This document shows positions 17,851 through 26,500 of a stretch of DNA of 59,743 nucleotides, one piece after another. The translations under genes and the position numbers were made by a program. Each line of letters starts with the position of its first letter. The first letter of the stretch is position 1. A model generated the notes under the pieces. It was not told the DNA's origin. It saw only the letters and a program-made list of their open reading frames with translations, and did not search any database. The DNA comes from an uncultured virus (IMG/VR IMGVR_UViG_3300024269_000036) (taxonomy: Duplodnaviria; Heunggongvirae; Uroviricota; Caudoviricetes), in IMG/VR virus record IMGVR_UViG_3300024269_000036, positions 62,001 through 121,743 of that record; one strand, 5' to 3'.

Positions 17851-18990
17851 ATGGAGATAATTTGTTATGCATTGCCGTTAATTACGGCCATTTTTCTTCT
17901 TCTTTTCTTTAGGAAAGAGTGTGTTTGGTGGGAATATATTATTCTTATCGTCCCCTCATTATTGTTGTTTCTTTTATCAAGGACAATAATGGTATCCGCA
18001 AATCAAACCGATATAGAATATCTTGGTTCCTATGTTACCAAAATACGTCATTATGATGAGTGGGATGAATGGGTTGAACGGACTTGTTCAAGAGAAGTTC
18101 CGTCAGGTACTGATTCGGAAGGTAACACCATTTATACAACCGAATATTATGATTGTTCATACCGAGATTATCATCCTGAGAAGTGGACGTATTTTGATGC
18201 AAATGGTCATGAAGGTACAATTTTCTACAAAGAAGATTTCAATAAGTTTAAGAAACAACTTGGGAATCCGCCAATGAAATTCGTTGACATGAAACGCGAT
18301 TATTATCGTATTGATGGTGATGCTCAGGATTATTATTGGGACGGGAGAGAAAAAACAATTTGCACTTTAACATCCAGCCACAGATATAAAAATAAAATAC
18401 AGAACAGTAGGTCGATATTTAATTTCACTGAGATAGATGAAAAAGATGTTGATTCTCTTGGTTTATATAGATATCCAGAACTTGATTGGTATGACCAAAC
18501 CCCTGTTATCAGTGAAGTTGCAATTTCCAAAGAAGGGATTGATGCTATCAAGTATATAAATGGTTACTATGGACAAAGATATCAATTCAGAAATTATGTC
18601 CTTGTTTACCAAAATAAAGACCTTGAGATATCGGAATTGCAGCGGTCATATTGGAAAGGTGGAAATAAAAACGAACTCGTTGTATGCATTGGTGTTGATG
18701 ATAGCCTTAAAGTAAAGTGGTGTAATGCATTTTCATGGTGTGATGCCCCCGTTTTGGACGTAAAGACTGAATCATATTTCATGGAAACCGATTCATTGGA
18801 TTTGGTGGATTATTCCAAAATGTTAAGGTCATGCCTCGAAAACGGTGATTGGGTAAGAAAAGAATTCATTGATTTTGATTATATCAAATCAGAAGTGTCA
18901 ACGACACAAGAAATAATTCTATTAATTTTAGTTACATTATATAATATAGGCATGTCGATTTTTATCGTTGTCAATAAAATAAAAAACTAA
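17851..18990 (+). CDS. Membrane protein (2 N-terminal TM, large soluble domain, C-terminal TM), possibly TPM-like domain
   Basis: Hydrophobic termini; YWKGGNKNELVVCIG motif. Confidence 0.65.
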   Translation: MEIICYALPLITAIFLLLFFRKECVWWEYIILIVPSLLLFLLSRTIMVSANQTDIEYLGSYVTKIRHYDEWDEWVERTCSREVPSGTDSEGNTIYTTEYYDCSYRDYHPEKWTYFDANGHEGTIFYKEDFNKFKKQLGNPPMKFVDMKRDYYRIDGDAQDYYWDGREKTICTLTSSHRYKNKIQNSRSIFNFTEIDEKDVDSLGLYRYPELDWYDQTPVISEVAISKEGIDAIKYINGYYGQRYQFRNYVLVYQNKDLEISELQRSYWKGGNKNELVVCIGVDDSLKVKWCNAFSWCDAPVLDVKTESYFMETDSLDLVDYSKMLRSCLENGDWVRKEFIDFDYIKSEVSTTQEIILLILVTLYNIGMSIFIVVNKIKN

Positions 18991-19032
18991 TTTTTTAGAT
19001 TAAATCTATTATTTTTTCAATTTTGTTTATTT

Positions 19033-19067
19033 TGGCGTAAACTACGACGGTTTACGCCATTTTTTTT
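19033..19067 (+). terminator. Intrinsic terminator
   Basis: TGGCGTAAAC-TACGACG-GTTTACGCCA followed by T8. Confidence 0.8.
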
Positions 19068-19196
19068 ATCATAAGTGTCTAATTTTCAGCGTTTTAAGAT
19101 ATTTTAAAACATTTTTACCCATAAATGATTTACGTGCATTTTTATTTTGGAAAAGCGCTTAACCAACGAATAACAAATTAAAAACACAAAAGTATT

Positions 19197-20201
19197 ATGG
19201 CAGAAGTAATGGAACAAAAATGGGCGACTAACGCAAAGGCAAACGCAGGCCTGACTACGGGTAAACTGTTTAACTAATAATGCTCGTATAAAACCTCCTT
19301 AATTGCTGGGAACTCTTAACATGTAATGATGAAGACAATCAGCAGCCAAGCAAATAAGTCAAGTCCAATTAATCCAAACGTAATTAAACCGACAAAGAAG
19401 CAGGTTTAAGTTTAGGAAAACCTAAAGGAAATAGTGAGATAAAAAATATGTTTCACCATCAGGAAGGCATTATAATACGGCATTAGGGTATAAATGGGAA
19501 TATGACGATTTTGAAGGTTCAACGACTACCGAAACAACAGAAATGTAATGGAGTAGGGTACACTCAAGTGAGTGGAAATGGGAGGCTCTAAGGTAACTTA
19601 GATGAAGATATAGTCTCATCTGTATAGAAATATACAGCAGTTCGTAAAAGAACGCATATAAATTAACGACTTATATGGAAGATATTTGATTATAGGCACA
19701 GCACTTGGCGGAATTTTAGCAATGAAAGACGGACTTTTTAATGGATTTTTCGGCGGATGTCCTTCAGATTCAGGAGTACCTCACGGTGAACTCTACAATG
19801 AAAGAAAAGAGCAGGCTGATTACATTGAATTGACAAAACAGTATTATGAGGCTCAGATTGCCGGACAAAAAGACCTCAGTGAGAAGTTTTTCAGCCTTTA
19901 CAAATTCAATGTTGACAACTCTTTCGCACTTTACAAAGGTCAGAGGGATAACAAAGATGAACTCAGTGCTAAAATCAGTGAAGTTGATAGAAAGGTAGAT
20001 ATGATGGCTGCAATCCGTCCTTATCAGGATGCCCTTATCAACTCTAAGATTGACAATGTGGCTCTTGTTGCAGATTTCAACCTCGCAAGACGTACTTGCA
20101 AGATGATTTCAGGTGAAGTGGTTCTTCCTTCAACACCTACAGTAACAGGCTACGCAAGTTACAGCCCATGCAATTGCACCACAGTAGCAGCAGGTGCATA
20201 A
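19197..20201 (+). CDS. Intron-split gene, join(19197..19262,19689..20201), 192 aa, Gly-rich hydrophobic N-terminus + coiled coil + Cys-containing tail
   Basis: Splicing joins MAEVMEQKWATNAKANAGLTTG to IIGTALGGILAMKDG in frame; ORF track only has exon 2 with a TTG start. Confidence 0.85.
19263..19688 (+). ncRNA. Group I self-splicing intron (IA-like, 426 nt)
   Basis: P AATTGCTGGGAA 19301-12, Q AATCAGCAG 19337-45, R GTTCAACGACTA 19517-28, S AAGATATAGTCT 19605-16; P1 TACGGGT/GCTCGTA with U.G at the splice site; P10 ATAAT/ATTAT; P3 CCTCCT/GGGAGG; terminal G 19688. Confidence 0.92.
19391..19548 (+). pseudogene. Frameshifted remnant of intron homing endonuclease (NUMOD1-like C-terminus)
   Basis: KEAGLSLGKPKGNSEIKN then, in a shifted frame, GRHYNTALGYKWEYDDFEGSTTTETTEM*. 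Confidence 0.6.
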
Positions 20202-20213
20202 TGCAAAAACACA

Positions 20214-20243
20214 GGTTAGAGGAGTGGGGACATTCCTCTAACC
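20214..20243 (+). other. Intergenic hairpin without U-tract
   Basis: GGTTAGAGGA-GTGGGGACAT-TCCTCTAACC. Confidence 0.55.
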
Positions 20244-20272
20244 ACCAAATAACAAATTAAAAACAGTGTAAA

Positions 20273-20803
20273 ATGAATAATTTTGTATTTAGTCAGGACC
20301 CTTTGCTATACCAAAATATAGGACAAGCAATGAGACCGCAGCCCGAATATGACCCACGACAACAATTTGATAGTGCTCTTGCTCAATATCATCAGATGCA
20401 ACAGACTTTGAATAACAAATACCCCGGGGAACGTGAAGGTGGGAAAGATTATCTTGGGGAACTTGATGGTATGATGAAAGAACTTGATGAGGCTGTTATA
20501 GAGAAACTTCAGGGGGATGCTGAGTTTACAGAGTTAAATAACCAACTCCAAACAATGATACAGGAGGAATTGATGAGAGGGGTGAAATGGAAAATAAATT
20601 CCAAGCCCGAGGCAATTGCCAAGATAGACTCACTTAAAAAACTAATAACAACAGCAAAAAAAGAACAGGCGGTAGAAAACAAACGAAATCTAATGGAACT
20701 TAATGATTATTTAAGTCATTATTCTTCAATGTCATTTGACGATTATAAACGTATAAAAACCGAAACAAAAAACGTAGAAAGGTATGAAAATTCAGGAAAT
20801 TAA
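20273..20803 (+). CDS. Hypothetical Q/E-rich helical protein
   Basis: 176 aa; shares an 18-bp leader with gene 19197. Confidence 0.75.
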   Translation: MNNFVFSQDPLLYQNIGQAMRPQPEYDPRQQFDSALAQYHQMQQTLNNKYPGEREGGKDYLGELDGMMKELDEAVIEKLQGDAEFTELNNQLQTMIQEELMRGVKWKINSKPEAIAKIDSLKKLITTAKKEQAVENKRNLMELNDYLSHYSSMSFDDYKRIKTETKNVERYENSGN

Positions 20804-21125
20804 ATTGAAATTGAATAGTTCTTTGAACCAACTTATAGATACTTATTTTAGTAATCCCACAGTATCAGAAAAGATGATAAATGCAACTCTTAAAGTACTT
20901 GTGAAACAAAATATACATAAGGTTGATGATGTGCTGAACATGTTCGCAGATGAAAATGGGGATATAAACCCGCAAGATATTCTTGTTGAATATGCAAATC
21001 AGATTGACGACAATGGTCTTGTTATTGATTTGAAACAGTACGTGAAGAACGAAATGATAAGGCAGATGCTGCCTAATAAAGTGCTCATATTGAAGAAGGA
21101 AGATATTATAAATCTTATTGTATAA
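20784..21125 (+). CDS. Hypothetical protein
   Basis: 113 aa; FADENGDI motif; overlaps previous gene. Confidence 0.7.
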   Translation: MKIQEIKLKLNSSLNQLIDTYFSNPTVSEKMINATLKVLVKQNIHKVDDVLNMFADENGDINPQDILVEYANQIDDNGLVIDLKQYVKNEMIRQMLPNKVLILKKEDIINLIV

Positions 21126-21147
21126 CAATAAAGTAGGTTAAGGCCAT

Positions 21148-21678
21148 ATGATACCGAACCCCGAATTTTTAAGGCAAGTTTCATTGATATACGAAGATAT
21201 CAAGAAATCGTTCAAATTGAACATTATAAAATTAAAAATGGAATTTGACGAAGACGTATTTCAAGATACATTATTGCAATGCGCAAACACATATAAAGAT
21301 GATGTCACTGACATCAAGAAAATAAAGGCGTATTTTTGGGTGGCGTTTAAACAAAACACAACAAATCGTTTAAAAAGGAAAAAACAGATGGAAGATATTG
21401 ATAGCATGAAAGGTTTTGATATTATTGATGATGAGTATCAACCAGAAATAGATGAATTCGTCGAAATAGTAAGAGATGAATTATATGAGGAGTTTGGTGA
21501 AAAGATTTCAAACTTATGGCTACGCCATGCAGCACAACGGGAACATTATATCGAACTTGAAGAGGAAAGTGGAATTGATAATATTCATTATCAGTTCAAG
21601 AAGATAAGAAAATATATAAGGGAGGAACTCCCGAAGAAGAATCCAAGGTTCAGAGAACTCATGAAAACCTTGAGATAA
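21148..21678 (+). CDS. ECF-type sigma-factor-like protein
   Basis: DEDVFQDTLLQC...IKAYFWVAFKQN resembles sigma region 2; C-terminal HTH-like YIELEEESGI...FKKIRKYIRE. Confidence 0.5.
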   Translation: MIPNPEFLRQVSLIYEDIKKSFKLNIIKLKMEFDEDVFQDTLLQCANTYKDDVTDIKKIKAYFWVAFKQNTTNRLKRKKQMEDIDSMKGFDIIDDEYQPEIDEFVEIVRDELYEEFGEKISNLWLRHAAQREHYIELEEESGIDNIHYQFKKIRKYIREELPKKNPRFRELMKTLR

Positions 21679-21709
21679 TTCAAGTTCATAAATTACCTGT
21701 TTTTTATTG

Positions 21710-21739
21710 AAGGAGAGGAAGTGTTTTCCTCTCCTTTTT
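21710..21739 (+). terminator. Intrinsic terminator
   Basis: AAGGAGAGGAA-GTGTT-TTCCTCTCCTTTTT. Confidence 0.8.
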
Positions 21740-21749
21740 ACTATTTATA
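21740..21749 (+). promoter_or_regulatory. Putative late promoter motif ACTATTTATA upstream of tail fibre
   Basis: Directly after terminator, upstream of 21804. Confidence 0.6.
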
Positions 21750-21803
21750 ATATAGTAAAATAATTTGACTTATATAAGTCTTTAAAAAATATCATTTATA
21801 TAA

Positions 21804-24800
21804 ATGGCACAGCATCTTATTAACCCCCACTCATTTGTAAGTGGGAAAACTCCAGAGACAACGTCTGTGGAATATGGTGAAATTGCAGTAAATTGTAATT
21901 CCAATGACCCATTCCTTTCTATCAAAGTAGCAACATCTGCAACTGCAACAGGTAAAATTGAAAAATTTTCACCTGATACTGTTCTGGATGAGAAATATTT
22001 TTCTCAGAGCGATGGTACTTCTCTTACCGCAGAGGTCTCTAAAAAAGCACCAACAAATCATGCGTCCACATCGACGGCATATGGCGTTGCAACAACATCC
22101 AATTACGGACACGTAAAAATTTCCAATGGGGATGTGGCTACAACTGCAACAGCAGATGGTGTCGCTGCAGGTATGGACCATACCCATAGTAATTATGTTA
22201 CGTCAAGTGGAAGTGTTGCTTATGCAACTGAAGCCGGAAGTGCTGACAGTGCGGCATCAGCGACAACTGCAGAAAGCGCAGGATATGCGACCGAGGCAGG
22301 ACATGCTGAAACCGCAGACAGTGCAACATCCGCAACAACTGCAGGAAGTGCCGCATCTGCGACAACTGCAGGAAGTGCAACAAACGCAACAAACCTCACG
22401 TCTGCACCTTCATTGATTAGTGCAAGCACCACAACAATCAAAGTGAAAGCGGGTAATAAGGAATCATCAGCATTCACTGTGCCATACGCAGCCAAGGCAG
22501 GAACTGCTGACAGTGCCGCACAAGCAACAAACGCCACGAATGCCACAACAGCAACAAATCTTGCAGCCAAGCCTTCATTGGCCGCAAGTGGTAATAACAT
22601 TACAGTATCTGCAGGTAATAAAACATCGGATGCATTTACTGTGCCATATGCTACTAAGGCAGGAACCGCTGACAGTGCCGCATCTGCGACAACTGCAGGA
22701 AGCGCAACAAACGCAACAAACGCTACAAACGCAGAAAGTGCAAACAGTGCCGCACAAGCAACAAAACTGACAGTCAGCGATACTGGTTCTGCAACGCAAC
22801 CTGTATATTTTAAAAATGGAGTGCCTGTAACATGTACAACATATGCAAACGCGAGTGTAAAATCCGCAACATCCGCAACAACTGCAAGCAAATTGAGCAA
22901 TACATCTGCAATTGGTTCTAATTCACAACCTGTATATTTTACATCTGCTGGTACGCCAACAGTGGCAACTGCAGTTACAGCGACAACTGCAGAAAGCGCA
23001 GGATATGCGACCGAGGCAGGACATGCTGAAACCGCAGACAGTGCAACATCCGCAACAACTGCAGGAAGTGCCGCATCTGCGACAACTGCAGGAAGTGCAA
23101 CAAACGCAACAAACCTCACGTCTGCACCTTCATTGATTAGTGCAAGCACCACAACAATCAAAGTGAAAGCGGGTAATAAGGAATCATCAGCATTCACTGT
23201 GCCATACGCAGCCAAGGCAGGAACTGCTGACAGTGCCGCACAAGCAACAAACGCCACGAATGCCACAACAGCAACAAATCTTGCAGCCAAGCCTTCATTG
23301 GCCGCAAGTGGTAATAACATTACAGTATCTGCAGGTAATAAAACATCGGATGCATTTACTGTGCCATATGCTACTAAGGCAGGAACCGCTGACAGTGCCG
23401 CATCTGCGACAACTGCAGGAAGCGCAACAAACGCAACAAACGCTACAAACGCAGAAAGTGCAAACAGTGCCGCACAAGCAACAAAACTGACAGTCAGCGA
23501 TACTGGTTCTGCAACGCAACCTGTATATTTTAAAAATGGAGTGCCTGTAACATGTACAACATATGCAAACGCGAGTGTAAAATCCGCAACATCCGCAACA
23601 ACTGCAAGCAAATTGAGCAATACATCTGCAATTGGTTCTAATTCACAACCTGTATATTTTACATCTGCTGGTACGCCAACAGTGGCAACTGCAGTTACAG
23701 CGACAACTGCAAACAGTGCTGCACAAGCAACAAAATTAAGTACAGGGGATAAGGGTTCTGCAACACAGCCTGTGTATTTTGATGACGGAGTGCCTGTGGC
23801 ATGTACTTACACATTGGCCAAATCAGTACCTGCAGATGCTGTTTTTACTGATACTAACACTTGGAGGGATATTTCAGATTCAGTTAGCAGCACAAGTTCA
23901 ACTGTTGGTGCTTCATCAAAAGCGGTTAAAACTGCGTATGACCGTGCCTCATCAGGTGTCACTGCATATAATTGGGGTAATCATGCAAGTGCAGGCTACT
24001 TGAAAACCTCCGACTATGATTCAGACCAAGAAGGTGTTGCAGCAACATTGACTGATTTGGCTGACAAAGTCAATGAAAAATCAACAGTTTCAATTTCCCG
24101 TAATTTGACATCAGGAACTAAAGTTGGTACAATAACCATTAATGGAACTGGTACTGATTTATATTGCCAAACAAATACCGATACTAAGGTAACTTCAGTT
24201 GATAACCACTATACTCCTGCTTCATCAACAACAATTGGTTTCACATCAGGTGATAATTATATCAAGGGAATTAGGGTGGATGCAAAAGGCCACATTACTG
24301 CAGTTGTTACAGGTACGCCTAAAGATACGAACACCGATACTGATACCCATTATACAACACGTATATATGCAGGAAATTCAGGTACTGCTGCTAATGAATC
24401 AGCAACAAATCCATACCTTAAGGTGACCGATAATAATACCTATAGAAACCAGGTACGTTTTATCGGTGGTGGTGCAACATCCATATCAAGTGATGCAAGC
24501 GGTAATATCACAATTTCAAGTACGGACAACAATACTGATACCAAGGTAACTTCAGCAGCCAACCATTACACCCCTACTTCATCAACAACCCTTGGATTCG
24601 ATTCAGGAGATAATTATATTAAGGGTTTGAAACTTGACTCAAGGGGTCACATTACTGCAGTTGTTACAGGTACGCCTAAAGATACGAACACCGATACTGA
24701 TACCCACCATACAGCTTATCTTAGAACAAGTAGTGCAACCACATCGACATCAAATACAACTGGTACTGCAAATGGAGTATATTTTAATCTCGTTGAAAAT

Positions 24801-25670
24801 GGGTCAGTTAGGTCAAATACATTGGTTTGTGGCGCAACAAACGTTACTGTTACTTCACCTACTGCAGGAACAATTGTTATTACCGGTCCTAATTTAAGTG
24901 GTTATTCCACAACAAGCCATACACACTCAGGTTATGCAACAACTACAGCACTTAGTAATTTGTCAGCAAGTATAGGAGAAACTTTTGTAACAGGTTGTGT
25001 GGTTACTTCAGCATCAACAGCAACGTTAGTGGTTGATACACCGGTAAGCACTGTCAATGGTAACTGTTATTTAAAACTCCTTGATGGTAATGGGGCTCAG
25101 CAAGATTATGTAAGATTTTATGGTCTCGGTGGATGTAAATGTTTTTCTTCAGCTGGAACGATTGTAGTATCCGCCCATACAAAAACAACCAATACAGACT
25201 ACAACGTTGCATCATCATATAATTCAGGTACAACATCCTATATAATAGGTTCAACATCATCTAGTTCCGTTACAGGCGTAACAACTAAATGTAGTATTTA
25301 CATGTCAGGAAATACTCTTCATGGTTGTACGGGTTATTATCAGGATTCCGATGAGCGACTTAAGACATTCCATGGGGAAATCCCACTTGACCTTGAAAAA
25401 TTGCGTAAATTACCAAAAGCATATTTCACTTGGAACGGTGATGAAGAAGGCAAGATGCAGATTGGTACATCCGCTCAGAAGGTTAGGGAACTTTATCCTG
25501 AGATTGTATCAGGAAGTGATGACACTCGTCTCGATGTTGATTATACAAAATTGGCAGTCATTGCTCTTCGAGGAATTGACGTTCTTTATGATGAACTAGA
25601 GAAAACAAGGTCTGAAATGGAAACAATGAAATCAGAACTTGATGTTATCAAACAAAAATTTGGAATTTAA
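21804..25670 (+). CDS. Long tail fibre protein with C-terminal intramolecular chaperone (peptidase S74-like)
   Basis: N-terminal P..YGEIAVN; Ala/Thr/Ser repeats; GSATQPVYF repeats; DAKGHIT repeats; SDERLK...GTSAQKVRELYPEIV...VDYTKL + coiled coil. Confidence 0.88.
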   Translation: MAQHLINPHSFVSGKTPETTSVEYGEIAVNCNSNDPFLSIKVATSATATGKIEKFSPDTVLDEKYFSQSDGTSLTAEVSKKAPTNHASTSTAYGVATTSNYGHVKISNGDVATTATADGVAAGMDHTHSNYVTSSGSVAYATEAGSADSAASATTAESAGYATEAGHAETADSATSATTAGSAASATTAGSATNATNLTSAPSLISASTTTIKVKAGNKESSAFTVPYAAKAGTADSAAQATNATNATTATNLAAKPSLAASGNNITVSAGNKTSDAFTVPYATKAGTADSAASATTAGSATNATNATNAESANSAAQATKLTVSDTGSATQPVYFKNGVPVTCTTYANASVKSATSATTASKLSNTSAIGSNSQPVYFTSAGTPTVATAVTATTAESAGYATEAGHAETADSATSATTAGSAASATTAGSATNATNLTSAPSLISASTTTIKVKAGNKESSAFTVPYAAKAGTADSAAQATNATNATTATNLAAKPSLAASGNNITVSAGNKTSDAFTVPYATKAGTADSAASATTAGSATNATNATNAESANSAAQATKLTVSDTGSATQPVYFKNGVPVTCTTYANASVKSATSATTASKLSNTSAIGSNSQPVYFTSAGTPTVATAVTATTANSAAQATKLSTGDKGSATQPVYFDDGVPVACTYTLAKSVPADAVFTDTNTWRDISDSVSSTSSTVGASSKAVKTAYDRASSGVTAYNWGNHASAGYLKTSDYDSDQEGVAATLTDLADKVNEKSTVSISRNLTSGTKVGTITINGTGTDLYCQTNTDTKVTSVDNHYTPASSTTIGFTSGDNYIKGIRVDAKGHITAVVTGTPKDTNTDTDTHYTTRIYAGNSGTAANESATNPYLKVTDNNTYRNQVRFIGGGATSISSDASGNITISSTDNNTDTKVTSAANHYTPTSSTTLGFDSGDNYIKGLKLDSRGHITAVVTGTPKDTNTDTDTHHTAYLRTSSATTSTSNTTGTANGVYFNLVENGSVRSNTLVCGATNVTVTSPTAGTIVITGPNLSGYSTTSHTHSGYATTTALSNLSASIGETFVTGCVVTSASTATLVVDTPVSTVNGNCYLKLLDGNGAQQDYVRFYGLGGCKCFSSAGTIVVSAHTKTTNTDYNVASSYNSGTTSYIIGSTSSSSVTGVTTKCSIYMSGNTLHGCTGYYQDSDERLKTFHGEIPLDLEKLRKLPKAYFTWNGDEEGKMQIGTSAQKVRELYPEIVSGSDDTRLDVDYTKLAVIALRGIDVLYDELEKTRSEMETMKSELDVIKQKFGI
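22258..23711 (+). repeat. Perfect in-frame tandem duplication, period 720 bp (240 aa)
   Basis: Lines 22261-22980 match 22981-23700; 14-bp CAGCGACAACTGCA at 22258, 22978 and 23698. Confidence 0.95.
24291..24706 (+). repeat. Second internal tail-fibre repeat (59-bp identity at 24291-24349 and 24648-24706)
   Basis: HITAVVTGTPKDTNTDTDTH twice, preceded by TDTKVTS..NHYTP..TT.GF.SGDNYIKG. Confidence 0.85.
25299..25375 (+). repeat. 77-bp identity shared with 35345-35421, spanning the chaperone cleavage motif
   Basis: TACATGTCAGGAAATACTCTTCATGG...GATTCCGATGAGCGACTTAAGACATTCCATGG. Confidence 0.92.
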
Positions 25671-25694
25671 TTCGGTTAATTCATATTATTTTTG

Positions 25695-25732
25695 CAAGTC
25701 TTGGACCTTTAATGGTTCAAGGCTTGTTTTTT
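25695..25732 (+). terminator. Intrinsic terminator
   Basis: CAAGTCTTGGACC-TTTAAT-GGTTCAAGGCTTG + T6 (G.U pairs). Confidence 0.65.
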
Positions 25733-25776
25733 ATACGTTTTTTCTATATATTTATATATAAAAATATTTTGTTGGT

Positions 25777-26073
25777 ATGCCGAGGAAAATGAGGAAGTAT
25801 TACGGGAAGAAAACATGGACAGAAACATTATATACAAATCTTGTTGATGAAAATGAATTTGAGTGGAGAAAAGATTTTCCCGAGATGCGTTTTAGAAAAG
25901 TGGATATTCTTGAAGGCGATACCGAGTTTTTTCTTCCTGAAATACCGTATGCATGTGATTATGGAAAAGATTCTACCTGTGAATTCACTGTTTATGGCAA
26001 CTTTTTTGAAGATACCAATAGATTCATCACTGATACTGAAGCATTCAATTGGGGAAAATTAAATAGAATATAA
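25777..26073 (+). CDS. Hypothetical protein
   Basis: 98 aa; TATTTATA at 25749-25756 upstream. Confidence 0.6.
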   Translation: MPRKMRKYYGKKTWTETLYTNLVDENEFEWRKDFPEMRFRKVDILEGDTEFFLPEIPYACDYGKDSTCEFTVYGNFFEDTNRFITDTEAFNWGKLNRI

Positions 26074-26094
26074 AGATAGAAAACATTAAATATC

Positions 26095-26469
26095 ATGGTA
26101 TTAAGTATTATTAGTTTGATTTTAGCAATTGCTGCGTTGGCTTGCAGTGTATTTGCTTTTCTTAGTAAGAAAGAGGGGCCGCAGGGACCAAAGGGAGAAA
26201 GGGGTGAGAAAGGTGAACAAGGAAAAATAGGCCCACAAGGAGAAAAAGGAGAGCAAGGTGAGAGAGGCCCAAGAGGAATCAAGGGTGAGAAAGGAGAAAA
26301 GGGGGACGATGGTGCACCGGGTAAAGATGGAATTGACGGGAAATCAGTAATCAAAGAAGTCGGTGACCTTACGGCTGAGGATGTTGTATCACTTTTATCA
26401 AAACTTGAAGTTCTTGACCTTAGGAATACGAATATTAAAGCGAACGGATTTTACGATATAGGAAACTAA
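26095..26469 (+). CDS. Membrane-anchored collagen-like (Gly-X-Y) protein
   Basis: N-terminal TM then [16 protein letters not shown]... triplets. Confidence 0.85.
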   Translation: MVLSIISLILAIAALACSVFAFLSKKEGPQGPKGERGEKGEQGKIGPQGEKGEQGERGPRGIKGEKGEKGDDGAPGKDGIDGKSVIKEVGDLTAEDVVSLLSKLEVLDLRNTNIKANGFYDIGN

Positions 26470-26474
26470 AAATT

Positions 26475-26499
26475 AAGGAGGACATTCAGTCCTCCTTTT
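26475..26499. terminator. Terminator between convergent genes
   Basis: AAGGAGGAC-ATTCA-GTCCTCCTTTT. Confidence 0.75.
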
Positions 26500-26500
26500 C

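Noticed and set aside
19071..19098. Imperfect palindrome ATAAGTGTCTAATTTTCAGCGTTTTAAG as a recombinase or att-like site
   Set aside because: Single weak copy and no integrase in the window
19686..20201. ORF-track gene starting at TTG 19686
   Set aside because: The TTG is the intron 3' end (terminal G 19688); the real start is ATG 19197
22220..23620. 466-aa minus-strand Ala/Val-rich ORF and other antisense ORFs over the fibre genes
   Set aside because: Shadow frames of GCA/ACA-rich repeats; no promoter or motif support
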